From assembly GCF_009914755.1 (NCBI RefSeq), contig NC_060942.1: a stretch of 64,000 nt of DNA. One strand, given 5' to 3'. This DNA is from the human T2T-CHM13v2.0 reference genome, Homo sapiens. The notes under the pieces are model-generated. The model saw only the letters and a program-made list of their open reading frames with translations. It was not told the origin of the DNA and ran no database searches. This document shows positions 40,225 through 56,990 of the stretch, piece after piece; positions within the stretch are counted from its first letter, which is position 1, and the number at the start of each line of letters is the position of its first letter. Position numbers and translations under genes: made by a program.

Positions 40225-40534
40225 TTGTATTTTTTTATTTTTTATTTTTTTCCAAGACAGGGTCTCACTCTGTCACCCAGGCTGGAGTGAAGTGTCACTC
40301 CTAGCTCACTGCAGCCTCAGCCTCCCTGGGCTCAGGTGATCTCCCCATCTCAGCCTCTTGAGTACCTGGGACTACAGGCACGCACCACCACACCCAGCTA
40401 ATATTTGTATTTTTAGTAGAGACGGGGTTTCGCCATGTTGCCCAGGCTGGTCTCGAACTCCTGGGCTCAAGCAATCCACCCACCTCGGCCTCCCAAGGTG
40501 CTGGGATTATGGGTTTAAGCCACCACACCCAGCC
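40225..40534 (-). mobile_element. AluJ-like SINE
   Basis: Antisense Alu body. Confidence 0.9.
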
Positions 40535-41898
40535 TCAGCTCATACTTTTTAAATGATTTCTTTTCCTACAACATAAAAAAAAAATGAGGTAGGTTGTGTA
40601 GACAGTCATTTATATAATCATTGCATCTAAAACCGTTACACTGTAGAATAGTACAAATAAAAAATAAAGTAATTAACGTGATCCATGGAGAGCTTAATCA
40701 AGGCCAACACTCTGTTTGCTTCCTGTTAATTTGTAACTAATTTGCTGCTACTGGTATACTTTTGATACCCAGCTTTGTACATTGCAAGCAAAACACTGGA
40801 AGCTCAACAAATTGCTCTGATATCTTTTGTGCTAAATTGACCCTTGTTGATACTGTTGAAAATACAAAGCTGGATTCCAAATATATTTTCTTTGGGAAAA
40901 TAAAGAATATTTTCTTATTTTTTTTGGTTTGGGCATAACAATTTGATTTAAGAGGAAGGGACAGGAATTACTGCTTAATATTTTCAAAAGGCAATTAGTC
41001 TGTTAACTGATCCCACCTCTATTGCATAAGTAGCATTTTAACAAAAGGACTGAGCTAAAGCACTTGTAATAATAATATGTTAATCATATGACCTTTGTAT
41101 GGTGTGTTAGAGGTTACAAAGCACTTTTACGTGTATTAGCTCATCAAAACTTCACAACAAAAAAATGAGGAAGTAGTATTATTATTCTACACTTGACAGA
41201 TAAGAAAACAGGCTGAGAGCATTTAAACAACTTGCCCCCAGATAATCCAGGTATTAAGATGCAGGGCCAGGAATTGAACCCTGTGCTTATATCCCAAATC
41301 CTGTATTCCTTCACTACACTACAGCTGCCACCTAAAAATTGCAGAAGTACTACATGGGGCTCTGAGAAATAATCTTAGTGCTTTGGGCAGAGCTTCTCTC
41401 AGTAACTGATAAAACCCACTCAGATCCCTTCCTTCCTGACAACTCACAGCTCAAATGTCATGGAAAAGAAACACTTCCTACCTCTCTCGCCTTTCTCCCG
41501 CCCCCGACAACACTCTTCTATTCAGGCTGTCAGATTCTTCTTGCAAAGCATTTGGGACACAAATCAGGCAGGTGGGGGGTGGGGGGTGCGGGGTGCACAT
41601 TGCCTTGATTCTCATGACAATGACAACTAAACTGTTACATTAATTGTTGAGGGGGAAGAAGGGGTACAGATTATTCACAAAGAACAGATAATTCCCAGCT
41701 CACCTCGGGTTATGAAATACCTGCTCTAACTTGATCTTAACCCTCTCCTAGCTCGGATCTGAAATCATCTATTGGAATTTAGTTTTAGACAGAAAGACAC
41801 ACAGCTTATAAAGCTATTCACTCCCAAATAATTAGGAATAATACATTGTCTGAGAAACTGAATTAATTAGATATTGCAGTCAATTAACTAAAAGGTCA

Positions 41899-42217
<319 letters not shown>

Positions 42218-42374
42218 GATTTCAGCAATTCAAACCTTAAGGACAGGGGAAATCATGTTTCAGCTGACAGAAACAAGGAAATTTGGAAAAAGGCTTCTCA
42301 TTGGGGGATTGTATAACTCTATTTTGTCCGAGGATGTTCCAGCCATACTCTGAGTGTAACTCCATTCTATCTAA

Positions 42375-42835
<461 letters not shown>

Positions 42836-43387
42836 TACCCTGAGTGTAATTCCATTATTCTCTAAGAATGCCTCAGTCATGTATAGCTCTATTATTCTGT
42901 GAGGTTGTCTAAATCATATGCCGAGTATAACTCAATTAATCTCTGAGTTTGTTTCAGGCACTTCCATGGTTCTAAGAATATTTTTGGCCAGATAACATTT
43001 CCAAATACTCCATTTGTATTTTTATTGCTAATTATAAAATATTTTTACTGGTAAATAGCCATTACATCTAAAATTCCTCCACTTCTACGGAATGTAAAAG
43101 CTTAATAGTAGATTTCTAAGTAACCATTGAATATGAAAAAAAGTCTTTCTCTCACTAATTAGAGGGTGGAGACCGAGTATCCATTCATTTCTGCATTAAC
43201 AGAATGTCCCTTGCACATAGCAGGCCAGTAAATACAAGTTATTGAATGAACGAATGGGTAAGTAAGTAAATGAATGACTGAGTTCCAATTCTCCAAGCTT
43301 TGGAAAAACTGCCATAGCCTTAACAAACAGAGAATAATCAAGAACACTTCATATTGCAATTTAAAAAAATACCCATATCTGGTTATA

Positions 43388-43717
43388 CAGTTGTCCCTCA
43401 GTATCTGAGGGGCACTGGTTTCAAGATACCCTCCCCAACAGGATATCAAAATCTGAGGATGCTCAAGTTACTGATATAAAATGGTATTGTATTTGCATAT
43501 CACCTACACACATCCTCCCGTGTACTTTAAATCATCTCTAGATTACTTATAATACCTAATACAATATAAATGCTATGAAAATAGTTGTACTGTATTGTTT
43601 TTGTGTTATTTTAATTGTTGTATTATTATTTTTTATTTATTTATTTTTTAGAATATTTTCAATGTGAGGTTGGTTGAATCTAAGAATGTGGAACTTACAG
43701 ATACATAGAGCCAACTG
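43388..43717. mobile_element. MER2 (Tigger-family MITE)
   Basis: TA-flanked TIRs cagttgtccctc...gagccaactg; MER2 internal sequence. Confidence 0.85.
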
Positions 43718-44029
43718 TATATGGATATTCTTGGATCATAAATATGGTATGGTGACCGTGCATAGTAACTGGCATTCATAGTGTAACCCATTTCAAATAG
43801 CCATTATTAAAAAAAGTCACGGGGTAGCAAATGCAAGCTTTGCTAAAAGGTGTCTACGTGTATAATGTTCCATGTTGCCTCTTTAGACAATGGTATGAAG
43901 TGTTTGGTGTAGAAGTCAAGAAGAACAAATTAACCCATTGAGTGAATTTATTCTGTTTGAATGTGAGATAGTACATGATACTTAATTCTGTATTCATTAA
44001 AAAAAAATTAAACTTCATGCTAGTGGTAA

Positions 44030-44352
<323 letters not shown>

Positions 44353-45030
44353 GTTTTAAAAATTCTTGGCTGGCACCATTACAGCATGACAAATGAGATT
44401 TCTTTCTGTGCAAGAAAATTAGGTAATTCAAGGAAAGTGAAAAGTCACAGGCATGGTACATGAATCCGATTGTAACAAGTTCTTTTTATTGGTTTTGGGT
44501 GGCATTTTATTAGGGCCAGAGTTATCAGAAGAGCTAAGGGATGTGAACATCAGAATGACTACAATATAATGATCCTATTTAAATCAATCAGTGTGTGGGG
44601 TTATGGCAATGGGATGAGGCACTCTGTTGCTTTTGATGCAGGGACTGCAAAGTAGACTATGGGGTTACACCAATAAGCCACTTGTGCTGCCAAACATTCC
44701 AACAATTATTTTTTCAGGAACTGCCCCCCATGGTGGTAAACCCTGAGATACTAAATAAATTAGACCATGAGCTAGGTGAGGAGCTCCCATGTTTGTAGAT
44801 GAGAGGACATAAAATCTCAAGATAGTTGCAGGTCAAACTAGTGTAGGAGTTGAAAAAATGCTGGAAAAACCCAAGTAAACAAAGGTCCTCCTCAAAATGG
44901 CCCAGGTTTGAAGGAAATGATTTTATATTAAGTATACAACTAAGTTAATAGTTGAGTTTCTGAGATACAGACCATGTATTTATAGTCTGATGTATAGTGT
45001 AACCCTACAGACTCAATAACCACCCCCCCC

Positions 45031-45083
45031 TTTTTTTTTTTGAGACAGAGTCTCGCTCTGTCACCTAGGCTGGAGTGCAATGG
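45031..45083 (-). mobile_element. Heavily 5'-truncated Alu (~50 bp) with TSD CAATAACC
   Basis: Poly-T plus gagacagagtctcgctctgtcacctaggctggagtgcaatgg, flanked by caataacc on both sides. Confidence 0.75.
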
Positions 45084-45189
45084 CAATAACCCCTTTTTAT
45101 AACAAATATTTCATAACACCTTACCATCCTGAAATGTAATTCATAGATAATATAATCTAGTTTCACCTATAACCTCAAAAATCACTATA

Positions 45190-45442
45190 TAGTGAGGTAC
45201 CTGGAGAAGTCAAATTCATAGAAATAAAATTAGAATGGTGGATGCCAGAGGCTGGGGGGAGGGGAGAATGAGGTGTTATTGTTTAATGGATACAGGGTTT
45301 CTGTTGTGCAAGATGGAAATTCTGTGGATGGATGATGGTGATGGTTGTACAACAGTGTGAATGTACTTAATGCCACTGAACTATACGCTTAAAAATTGTT
45401 AAGATGGTAAATATTACATGTATTTTACCACAATTAAAAAAA
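45190..45442 (+). mobile_element. L1MB-like 3' end within a probable hAT-Charlie relic (about 44990-46030)
   Basis: gatggtgatggttgtacaacagtgtgaatgtacttaatgccactgaact...ttttaccacaattaaaaaaa. Confidence 0.8.
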
Positions 45443-47269
45443 TCGTGATGCTGCCCTACTTATAAAGAGACAAAAAGGGCAAGTTGTTTATTTTGAATTA
45501 ATAAGAACAATAAAATGTTTATGTTTGGGCACAACTATGCCGGAAGACGTGATAAGGTGGTGAGAAGCTGGTTATCTCTGGAATCACCATGAATGTGTGT
45601 GCTACAAATGCAGTCGGCTATAAGTGCCTTTCCAGAGCAATGCTGCTGTGCACGGAATTTGCCAAAAGGTGGCCAACTCTCAGAAAGTTCTGCCCAAAGC
45701 AAGGCACAATTTTGTCTACATGTGTATGGTAGTTGCATTTTTGGAAAATTCAGTGTCTTTAAAATCTTGCAAAATATACATCATGTTTTTCAATTCAATA
45801 TGTAAAACAAATTGAATTCATAGATAATTCTAAGCAGATTTTTTCACCTACAGACTGGGTTGGATGTGAAAGTCGTGAGAAGTTTTTGTGTTTCAAGACT
45901 GGTCCTTGCATTTGCTGGACATCTCCTATCCCTGGTCCCTGCCCATCAAATACCAGTATTGCCCCAAAGTCATTGTGACAACCAAAAGACCCCCCAGGTT
46001 TCCATCAAACCCCTTCTTGAGAGCCACTGACACGTGTTGGCCATACTTTGTGCCCCAGGTCCAGGGACCCTCTCACTAGTGCTGGTCAGATCCCTCTTTC
46101 CACTATGATTTTCTCCATCTTGGAGCTCATAGTTTGATTGTCTCTTATTGATCATAATTAATAAAAAATAAAACAGCTTTTTAACAGTGCTGCCTAATTA
46201 GCTGAAAACCAAATAATAGAGGATCTTAAATAAACACATTCTCCTCTTTTATAAACACACGGCTCCTTTTATAAAAGCTGACAAATGAATGAGCTGATGT
46301 CAGATATTTGTTCTAAATATTAGCCCTCCGTGCATGTTGCCATGGGACTCGTGATGCCTTTAGGTAGCACAGTATCCTCCAGTCATTTGAGAAGGATTAA
46401 CTTACACTAAAAATGGTTCCCAGTTAACACAGACTTCTACCATGGTCTTTTCAAACACACAAAAAGTAATTCTCAAGAGCACAAGGGCTTTGAGGGCAGG
46501 CCTTTGAGTGCCTCCCAGGTAGCTTTGAGCATGGAAGGCACTCAGTACATATCTGTTGAATTGAATTTGTCTATGTTAGATATTTATAATAACTACGAAT
46601 ATTAATTAATCAAAACACACTAGCTTCAATCCCTCCAGATAGACAGCATTTTAATGTACTATATTTCACTTTCAAGTATGTCATCATCTCACAATTGATA
46701 AAGAGAAATGTGAGTTGCGGTGAAGATCAAAACTTTTGCACAGATTCTTCTTCCAGTGATTTTATGATAGATAAAATGAAGAACCTGGAATCTGCAGAGT
46801 AATTATGTTAGATAGCTTCACATCATCATTTATTCATTCCCAGGATAAAACTGTTTCTCCTGGGCCCTATGAGAAACAAGTTTGGCTAGGACAAGCAACC
46901 CTCAATTATAGTGATATCTTTGCTGTGGAAAAAAAAATAAACGTGTAATTAAATTTTGCAGGTGCAACAATCCTGCTACCACGAACCATGGAGGAAATCT
47001 GTGAAATTATCCTGAGCAATTTTCTCCAGTGTAACTTGGAAATTAGCCCACCTGGAGACATAAACCCACAATTTCCTCTGCCATTGTCTTATCACATCCA
47101 TCTTGTCTTAAATGCTGAGACTCCTGTTGCAGAAAGAAACAGGTTTGAACACCCGAATCTCAGCAATGGAGTAGAATATTTCAGAAGTTTGAATTCCAGA
47201 CACATTGACTTTCACGGTGGCTTTAAAAGACCATAAAAAACAACCGAAAGTACTGCAGGGCATAAACTA

Positions 47270-47470
47270 ACCCGCCAGCAAAGCATCGCCGAGTCGTGGC
47301 AACTCGGATACGCGTGCAGACTTGAAAATGCAGAGCGCCGCGCCAAAGCCTGCGTTCCTGGGAAACCACATGCAGCGTCTCCCAAGAACGTGGTGTGCGT
47401 GCGGGCAGGGTTCGGGAAACAAAACTAGTTCACGCCTGAGACTGCGACCCCCTGGACGGGGCGGTTTCTA
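47270..47470. promoter_or_regulatory. Small CpG-rich patch; candidate enhancer or alternative promoter
   Basis: About 20 CpGs in 200 bp of non-repeat DNA with E2F, STAT, RFX-half and GC-box motifs. Confidence 0.55.
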
Positions 47471-49544
47471 ACTTTCCTCTCTCTGTCTCTCCAGGGGTGG
47501 AGGGAGGGGCATGATCCAGACACCAGAACAAAGACAGCCAGGTCAGAAATGGTGTGGTCTGTTTCTGCAAGTCACGGTCTTTGTGACCTGGGGAAATGGC
47601 TTAGTCTCTAGCCTGCCAGCTAGAAAGGGAAAGCCTTTATTTGCTCAAGTGCTTTGGGATCTTCAAAGGAAGGCTCTGAACTATTATTCAAATATTTGTA
47701 CATTATTTAGGTTGTGCTTTTCATACTTCATTATGCTCCCCCAAACTTCTCAGGGAATTTGGATCACTCAGAAACTTTAGCGTGCTATCGTCCCTTACTC
47801 ATCCTGCCCTCCCTAAAGCCTCATTGAAAGCACTGATCTTTTGATTATTGGAGCTTCTGAAACAGAGCCAAGGATGAGGCTTTAAGTGTCAGCTACGACG
47901 ATATTCGGTGTTATTTTGCTATTAGCATGGCTTGCTTGCTTTTTTACTTCATATAAATGCTTACACATTCCAGACACATGGACGTGTAAGTAAATACATA
48001 TATTCACAGAAGGATACACCTCATACATGCCTTGGCACTCCTGTGTCTATACTCCTTGTAGATAGCATCGCCTCCAGGAAGCTTTGCTAACACTGCTCCA
48101 TCCGCTTCAGTAGGAGTAGATGTCCCTTTATAGCCCTCTCCAGGTTCTTATGCATACATCTGTCACAGCACTTTTCACCGTGTCTCGTAATTGTATGTTA
48201 TTGTTTGTTGTACCATTTGACTACGAATTCTTTAAAGACAAAAATTGCATTGTTTATCGCTGTTTCTCCTGTGATTAGTACAATGCATAGTACATGGTAG
48301 GAATTCAGTATATATTTGTTAAATGGATGAATGGATCCATCATCCATATTCTACTCCCTTGCTGAGATTTGGGTGCTCAAACCTGTTTCCATTCATCCAT
48401 TTAACACACATATAACTGAATTCCTATCAAATAAAATGTATAAAAATACATTTGAATGTACTGTTGCCAGTCTCTTGGCTTCCCTTAATTTATTAATCTT
48501 TGCAAGTTGCTTTTAAGCTTTCAAGAGTTATACATGTTCCTAGCAGCCATTTCGAACGATTCAGAAGTACATACAGAGGGGAAAAAATGAACCTGTTTTC
48601 ATCGTTCCTCATCAATCCCACCCCCTTCCTCCAGAGGAAAGCACTGTTAAAGCCTTTCTTCACATTTATAAACACATATTTAAATATACCAACAAAAATA
48701 TTTTTTAAAACAAGGTTATATTTTAGGATTTGTTCTGTCTTGACATTTCTACTTAATATATAACACATTCTTATTATTTTGTATATATAGGCTCAGAATA
48801 TTTATTAATCAGGTATTCATCTATGTATTTATTATTAAAATGTTCAATGCACTTGTTTTAAAAAAATTGAACAGTGCAGAAGGTAAAAAATGAAGAGTGA
48901 AACTGCCTTTGTCCATTACCACTGTTTATTTCATATTGCAGAAGTAAACACTTTGTAACCATGCCTAGTTTTAGTACTTTTGGTGGTTATCCCTGCAACT
49001 ATAAATCGTTTCTTGATTTCTCAGCATTAGATAGTATCTATCAACTCCTTGATAAGTTGAAGAATTTAGTGGTTTATGTTTAGTTATTTTAGTGGTTACA
49101 TTAATAACCTTATATAAAATACTAAAATTCCATCTTGCCCCATCAACCTTACCCAGAAAATACTGGTACCCTGCTGTGTGCTTTGTGGATGTTAGAACAC
49201 CTACACACTCCTTCCATTTCTTCAGACTTCTCTCAGCTTCATCATCCATCACTGTCAAGGTTTATGATATTTACATCTGGGCTTTAGTAGTTTCCATTTA
49301 TTCTGTCCAATGTCTCTGCTTTTGGCTTCTAGAAATTTTTTGAAATTTCTTATCTGCTAATGACACCTCCCTTGTTAATGTTGTTATCAATCAATTCTTT
49401 TCAGGGTATCTTTGTTATCATCTTGATGGGGCTTAGGGAGGTAGTAGAGCTAAATACAGGCGCTTATTGTGACATCTTGAACAGGGCTCTCCTTTTCTTT
49501 TCAATGTGATTATTTCTTTCGGATAAATTCATGAGCATTTCTTA

Positions 49545-49875
49545 ATTTTTTTTTTTTTAGACTTTTTAGACAAGTTTTTGCTCTGTCATCCAGGCTGAAA
49601 TGCAGTGGCTCAATCGTAGCTCACTGTAACCTTGAACTCCTGTGTTCAAGGATCCTCCCTCCTCAGCCTGCTGAATGGCTAGGACTACGGGAGTCCAACA
49701 CCATGCCTGGCTAATTAGTTTTTAGTGTTTTTTTTTGTTTGTTTTTTTGTTTTTTTGTAGAGATGAGATTTTGCCATGTCGTCCAAACTGGTCTTGAACA
49801 CCAGACCTCAAGTGATCCTCCTGCCTGAGCCTCCCAAAGTGCTGGAATTACAAGTTTGAACCAGCATGTGTGGCT
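49545..49875 (-). mobile_element. AluJ-like SINE with TSD GAGCATTTCTTAATT
   Basis: Diverged antisense Alu; TSD on both sides. Confidence 0.88.
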
Positions 49876-50039
49876 GAGCATTTCTTAATTCTGATCACCC
49901 ATAAATACAATGGTGTCTGTGATCTGAATTGTGTTGGAAAGAATTTAGGGATTTGGGAAGAAGTCAATGAAGATGATTATTTCTGGGCCATCACTGTAAC
50001 TCACTGTAGTATTTTTCTATTTGCCCCATCTCCACCTTG

Positions 50040-50045
50040 CTTTTC

Positions 50046-50078
<33 letters not shown>

Positions 50079-50228
50079 TGACAGAGTCTTGCTCTGTTGC
50101 CCAGGATGGAGTGCAGTGCTCCGATCTCGGCTCACTGCAACCTCAGCTTCCTGGGTTCAAGCGATCTCCTGCCTCAGCCTCTTGAGTAGCTGGGACCACA
50201 GACATGCACCACCACACCCGGCTAATTC
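50040..50228 (-). mobile_element. 5'-truncated Alu (right arm)
   Basis: Poly-T plus Alu right arm; tccacctt on both flanks. Confidence 0.85.
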
Positions 50229-52674
50229 CACCTTTTATCTTAGTAAGCAGTAATATCAATGTCCTTCTATAAATATTTTTGCTCTTCTATAAATCACTTT
50301 TACAAGTGTTGGTAGTATATTGCTGTTTATAAAAGAACTGAACCGCCTTTAATGAAAACATATTTACACTAAAATTAAAACTCTATCAAGGATTTGAAAT
50401 TGCTTGTATCATAAACTATTGTTAGTATTTGCTCCTATTTATATTCCCAAGTGGAGAGTAAGCTGCCTGAAGAATTATAAAGAACTTCCAAGGTTGCATC
50501 TTACTCATTTTTTTAATAAAATTGTACCTAGCAAAGTACGTGCCATGTAGTTGGTGTTCCATCAGTTTTGCTGAACTCAACTGAACCAACCTTGGCCATA
50601 CCTGTGGATTCTCCATTGCAGACTCTGGGCTCTAACCCATGGGAATAGTATGGTTTTACACATTTCTTCCCTAGGTGACTGTATGAAGGAGCCCTTGACA
50701 TGCCTGAGAAACTCCCTTTTAATCATAATTACATATGACTTCTCTTCCCTTCCTCTATGCCAATATTAAATGCACCAGGGAAACTGATTTCAATTACAGT
50801 GGATGCCTTACCCCTTCCAGTTGATCAAATTACACATCCACACTTCCGTGGAGGTTATCCAGTGTAATTCTTAGTACTGGGGAGCATGAACAGGGTACCA
50901 ATTACTTAAGAAGTGCTCATTAGGAATTAGAAAGCAAACATAATTACCACATGCCAATTGCATAGGAAATAGGAGGGCTTCTCAACAAAGCCAGGCTTAT
51001 TTTATGTATCCCATATAGTTCCTACAGGATGTGTTTTTACCTGTTTTGTTTTTCTTTTCAGTCCGCCAAATACTGGATGCATATACAAGATGAAGACTTA
51101 ACAAGTAGGAAATGTACAGACTGCAAACTCCTTATTTGTCTCACTCCACTATACCTCCAGCACCTAGCTGGGCACACAGTCAGTGCTCTAAACATATTTA
51201 TTGGATCTTTTTAATACCTCCAGTAGAAAATAAGTTAATTTTATACAGTGTGAGCTTTTTCTCACCCTCACACACACACACACACACAAAGCATCCAAAG
51301 TTTTGAATGTCCAGTTAGTGTCCAATTAGTGTTGGACACACTTGGCAATCAAAACATATTTGGTGATTGGTTAATTGCTTTATTTTATGCATGACCTTAG
51401 GAACTAATTAAATTACATAACAATTTTGCAGATGACCCCAGAGAAAACGAAAATTGTAAATTTTTTCAATAATTGTCATCTGGTGAGTTCCACCTGATTT
51501 AGATAAAGTTAGGGTTTTCTGTACTGTTTCCCCTAAGAGGAGGCTTAATTTGCTTCTTATAATTTAGCTGTGTTCTCTTAAAATATAAGTGTAACATAGA
51601 AATAGTTTGGGGAACAAGTCAGATTTTCCATAAATTACATGCAAAACACAAAAGTTATTTCCCATCATCAAATTTTCATATTTTTATTTCATGTTAGCAT
51701 GCAGAAATATTTAATAATGACGAAATAGTCTATAAATGGCCAAGCCACAGCCTGGGAACAATAAGTGGCATTTAAAAAGCTTGTTTTTGACTCCAGCTGG
51801 AAGGGGAAAACTGAAGCCATTTCTTCAGCTGGGCACCCTCTCTTGGTGCTTAGGTCTCCCACACATTGGAAGGAGCCCCGTTTATCCTTTGAGTCACAAA
51901 GGAAGTATAGGATGATGAAACTTTGAGCTACCCCCATTTTTGCCTCATCTCTATCTACTTAGCAGTGTGGAGAAGTTGGCCAATGGTAACATAGCCCTTG
52001 TGGATTCTCTCAGAAGCAGGTAAGTTCCATTTTTAGTAAGGCTTTCCATGTTTCTGAGAGTTCAGGCTCCACCTGCCCAAAGCCAAGTGGGTGACTTAGA
52101 GAGGTGATTCATTGAGTCAACAAACAACTATTGAGCACCCACCCTGTGCCAAGCCCCATTCCAGGCTCTTGGTTTAGGCAGTGAATAAGGCAAAGTTCCT
52201 GCTTGCTTCTGGCCGGGGAGACAAACAAGAATCACGCGAATGCATAATATGATGTCAGGTGTCCTGAGTGCAGTGACAACAAGGACAGTAGGGTCAGGGG
52301 ATACTGAGTAATAGGTGGACTGTGCAGTGGGCGCGGTTTGCATCTAGTAAGGGAACTTAGGATACCCAGGGTGATATAGGAGCTCAGTGTGGTTCCCTGG
52401 TGAACCTAGCACCTTTATCATTCAGTCAGATCTAAATTCTGATAAGGACAGGGCACACTCTGTTCACCAACATAGCTAGGCAAGCAGCAGCTGAGAGCAC
52501 ACTCTCAGCCTGCGTTGGTGTGGAGCCCAAGGATGTGATTTATTATTACTATTGTTATCACCTCTGTCAGCCTTGGCAATGAAGTTCCCATTGTTTCTAA
52601 ATATGATTCTCAAAGAAGCCACAGAAACTCACATACCAGAGGACACTGGGGAGGGAGTGTGGCAAAATGGCTTA

Positions 52675-53026
52675 GAGCTGGGGTCAGCGTACCATGGCCT
52701 GCAGCTAATCCGGCCCCCTATCTATTTTTGTAGGGCCCATGGGCTAAGGATGTATTATATTTTACATTTTTTAATGGGTGGCCAAAAATGCATAAATAAA
52801 CAGATAAATCAGTAGTATACTTTGTGACGAGAAAATGTTATAAAATTCAAATTTTAGTGTTCATACATAAAGTTTTACTGGAACACAGCCATGCTCATTT
52901 TGAACATGTTGTCTTGGCTGCGTTTGTGCTGAAATAGCAGAGTTAATAGTGGTGATGAGATTGTATGGCCCACACAGCCTAAACTATTTATGATTTGGTC
53001 CATAAGACAAAGTCTGTTGACCCTGG
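52675..53026. mobile_element. MER58 (hAT-Charlie MITE)
   Basis: ggggtcagc...aaagttttactggaacacagccatgctcatt...gtatggcccac...ttgaccctg. Confidence 0.8.
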
Positions 53027-53254
53027 CTAATAGTATGGCTTGTATTCAGTAAAGAACTGGGTATAACATTTTGGTATGTGTTGGAAAAAGAATACTATAC
53101 AAATATGAAAAAGAATTAGATTTCCATATGGGTGATGTCTATGATATGTTAAGTAAAACAAACAAAAACAATTTGAGTATAATACATCTGACTTCTCTAA
53201 ATATTCCACTAGGATATCAGCTCCATAAGTGCAGACCTGTGTCTGTTTTGTACA

Positions 53255-53618
<364 letters not shown>

Positions 53619-53631
53619 TAAATATTTGTTG

Positions 53632-53745
53632 AGCTGGGCACAGTGGTACATACCTGTAGTCCCAGCTACTGGGGAAGCTGAGGCAGGAGGATTTCTTGGG
53701 TGCAGGAGTTCAAGGCCAGCAAGACCTCATCTCTAGATAAATAAA
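53632..53745 (+). mobile_element. FLAM_A-like Alu monomer
   Basis: gctgggcacagtggtacatacctgtagtcccagctact...caggagttcaaggccagc. Confidence 0.75.
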
Positions 53746-53960
53746 TACATACATATTTGTTGAATGAATGAATGAATATAACACAACACCTAGGGAGCTA
53801 TATAAAATATATATGAAATTTGGTTTCATAAAAATTTAAAAGATAAAAATATATATTTTTTACATGGCCAAAACCATCATAAGTAAACTTAGCCATGATA
53901 AACTTCAAGAAATCACCAAGGGCCTATTACTTAATGAACTCCTACAAATCAATAAGATCA

Positions 53961-54288
<328 letters not shown>

Positions 54289-55056
54289 GTCAGCAAATAA
54301 TAACAGGCAATTTATAGAAAGTAACTGCAAATGGCTCCTTAAGCCTATTTAAACATGACCAAGTTCACTCATAAGAGAAAAGCAAATTAAACTAAATGAG
54401 TTATTGTTTTTCCACCTCTCAGCTAACAAGAACACATTGTACTAGTGGAATTGTAAATTAGCAGAACTTTGTAGGGAGTACAGTTTGACAATATGTAACC
54501 ACAATTTAAAGTGCATATACCCTTTGATCTAATGATTCTAATTTCAGAAAGTTATCCTATAGAAATATTCACGTTCGAAATGACACAATTGCATGGTTAT
54601 TTATTGAGACATTGCTTACAATCCCAAAATATGGAAAATAATTTAAATGTCCATCAATAGGTGAAATAAATTAACGTGCAGCCTGCAAGATACCATGCAC
54701 CTCTAGAAAAGAAAGAGGCAGCTTTTCATGTATAGATGTGGAAGGATCTCCAACATACGTTAAGTATGAAAAAGTAGAATGAGCATGTATAGAATAACAC
54801 CATTTGGTTTTTTTTTTTTAAAAGGATTTATATGGAGTTCTTTGCATAGACTATCTTTAGAAAAATACAGAAGAAACTGGTAGTAGTGGTTGCCTTTGAG
54901 AAGTGTAACTTTTACAAATAAAATTAATATTGAAATATGAACTTATGAATTCAATTTAGAGAAAAAATAAGTATACATAGAAAAATCTGAAAGAATATAA
55001 ACAAAAAACATTACAGGGAATTTTCACTTTTAAGTTATATATTTCCGTAATGTTTA

Positions 55057-55438
<382 letters not shown>

Positions 55439-56212
55439 GTAAAAGTGAGCATGAGCTTTTATTCAGAGATGTGGGTAATAGGACTTACTATGACAGCTAC
55501 TAAAACTACCAAATCATCTAACAAATGTAATCTGGCTTCATGTGTGACATTATTCTATGCAAATGGTACTCTCTGATGTACTCTGTTTCACCTTATAGGA
55601 ATTCAAAAGCACTTGGCCATATATAAGTTCCATTAAAGTGGATAAAAGTTTATTTCATCTGATGCTGCTATCATCTAAATCTTTAGCACAACAAAAATAC
55701 AATGAGGTCACTAATGAGTTATTTCAGCTATCGTTTTGATGACATATATTAACAGGTGTTTTAGGAAATTTAAAAATATCCTTTCTGTTTAAGAAAAGTT
55801 GTCCAACTTCTTTCTCCATCTGTCAAAATACAAAAGTGGCTCCTAAGGACGCTGGAGGAAGATTATGACACTCTCAGTAATGGTAGCTGTTTTCTTAAGC
55901 ACAGGACAGCCACCCAGCTTCCCTGTAAATGAATGTCAGGCATTTCTTGATTTTGAGTTGGGTCTGTTGTTTTGCATCCTCAAGTTAACATCAGTCCACA
56001 GATCAAGAAATAAATCCATATAGTGGCCTGTCTTTGTATTTTCCAGAATCCAGTTGGGTTTGGTGCCAGCCCAGAAGGTTTTGTGTATTTGAAGTCATTT
56101 CTTATATGAAAGACCAGGGTTCTGAGGCAATATTGGGATTGGAGTGAGGGCTTTGAGGGCTCATCAAGTGTGCTGGCAATACCCGGAACAGATATTTCTT
56201 GGCGTGGATCCA

Positions 56213-56505
56213 CCTGTGTTATCCAATAGCGTAGCCACTGGCCATGAAATGTGGCAAGACAAATTGAGATGTGCTGCACGTATAAAATACAGACTGGATT
56301 TTGAAGATTGGGGGAATAAAAGGTAAAATATCTCACTAACAATGTTTTATATTGACTACATGTTGAAAATAATTTTGTGATGTATTGGGTTAAACAAAAT
56401 GTATTAATAAAATTAATTTCATCTGTTTCTTTTAACCTTTTTTATGTGATCACTAGAAAATTTAAATCTACATATGTAATTTGCATTACATTTTTGTTAG
56501 TGCTA
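56213..56505. mobile_element. MER33-like hAT MITE
   Basis: tccaatagcgtagccactggcc...aattgagatgtgctg...cactagaaaatttaaat. Confidence 0.7.
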
Positions 56506-56534
56506 AGTTAGGGGGTTTCCTATTCATTAGATCT

Positions 56535-56990
56535 TTCAGTCATTCATTCAACAACTATTTATGAGGAGATTACTATGTGTCAGGCATTGAGCTGGGTCCA
56601 GGAGGTATCATGACAAATGAGACACAGTCCCTGCCTTTAAGGGGCTTTCATTTTAGTGCAAGAGGAATATGAGAAGTGCTGAGACAGGTATTCACAGGGT
56701 GTTTTTTGAGTACCTAGGAGGGGGCTCCCGACCGCACTGGCTGTGTAGGGTGTGATGATGGAGGCTGAGGCAAGAAAGGGTTCCTAGAGTAGGTGAAGTA
56801 TAAACTGAGTGCTGAAAATTGGCAGGAGTTAACCAGATCAGGAGAAAAAGGGATACGAAAGGAAGGTGTTGCAGGCATGGATAACGGCATGTATAAGACT
56901 GGGAGGCAGAGAGACGGCAGCTCCCTGTAGGAGGAGCACGTAGTCCTGCTGGAGTGTGGGAGTGAGCTGAGGGACTGTGGGGGTGGCAGG
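56535..56990. mobile_element. L2 fragment
   Basis: cattcattcaacaactatttatgag...tactatgtgtcaggca. Confidence 0.6.
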
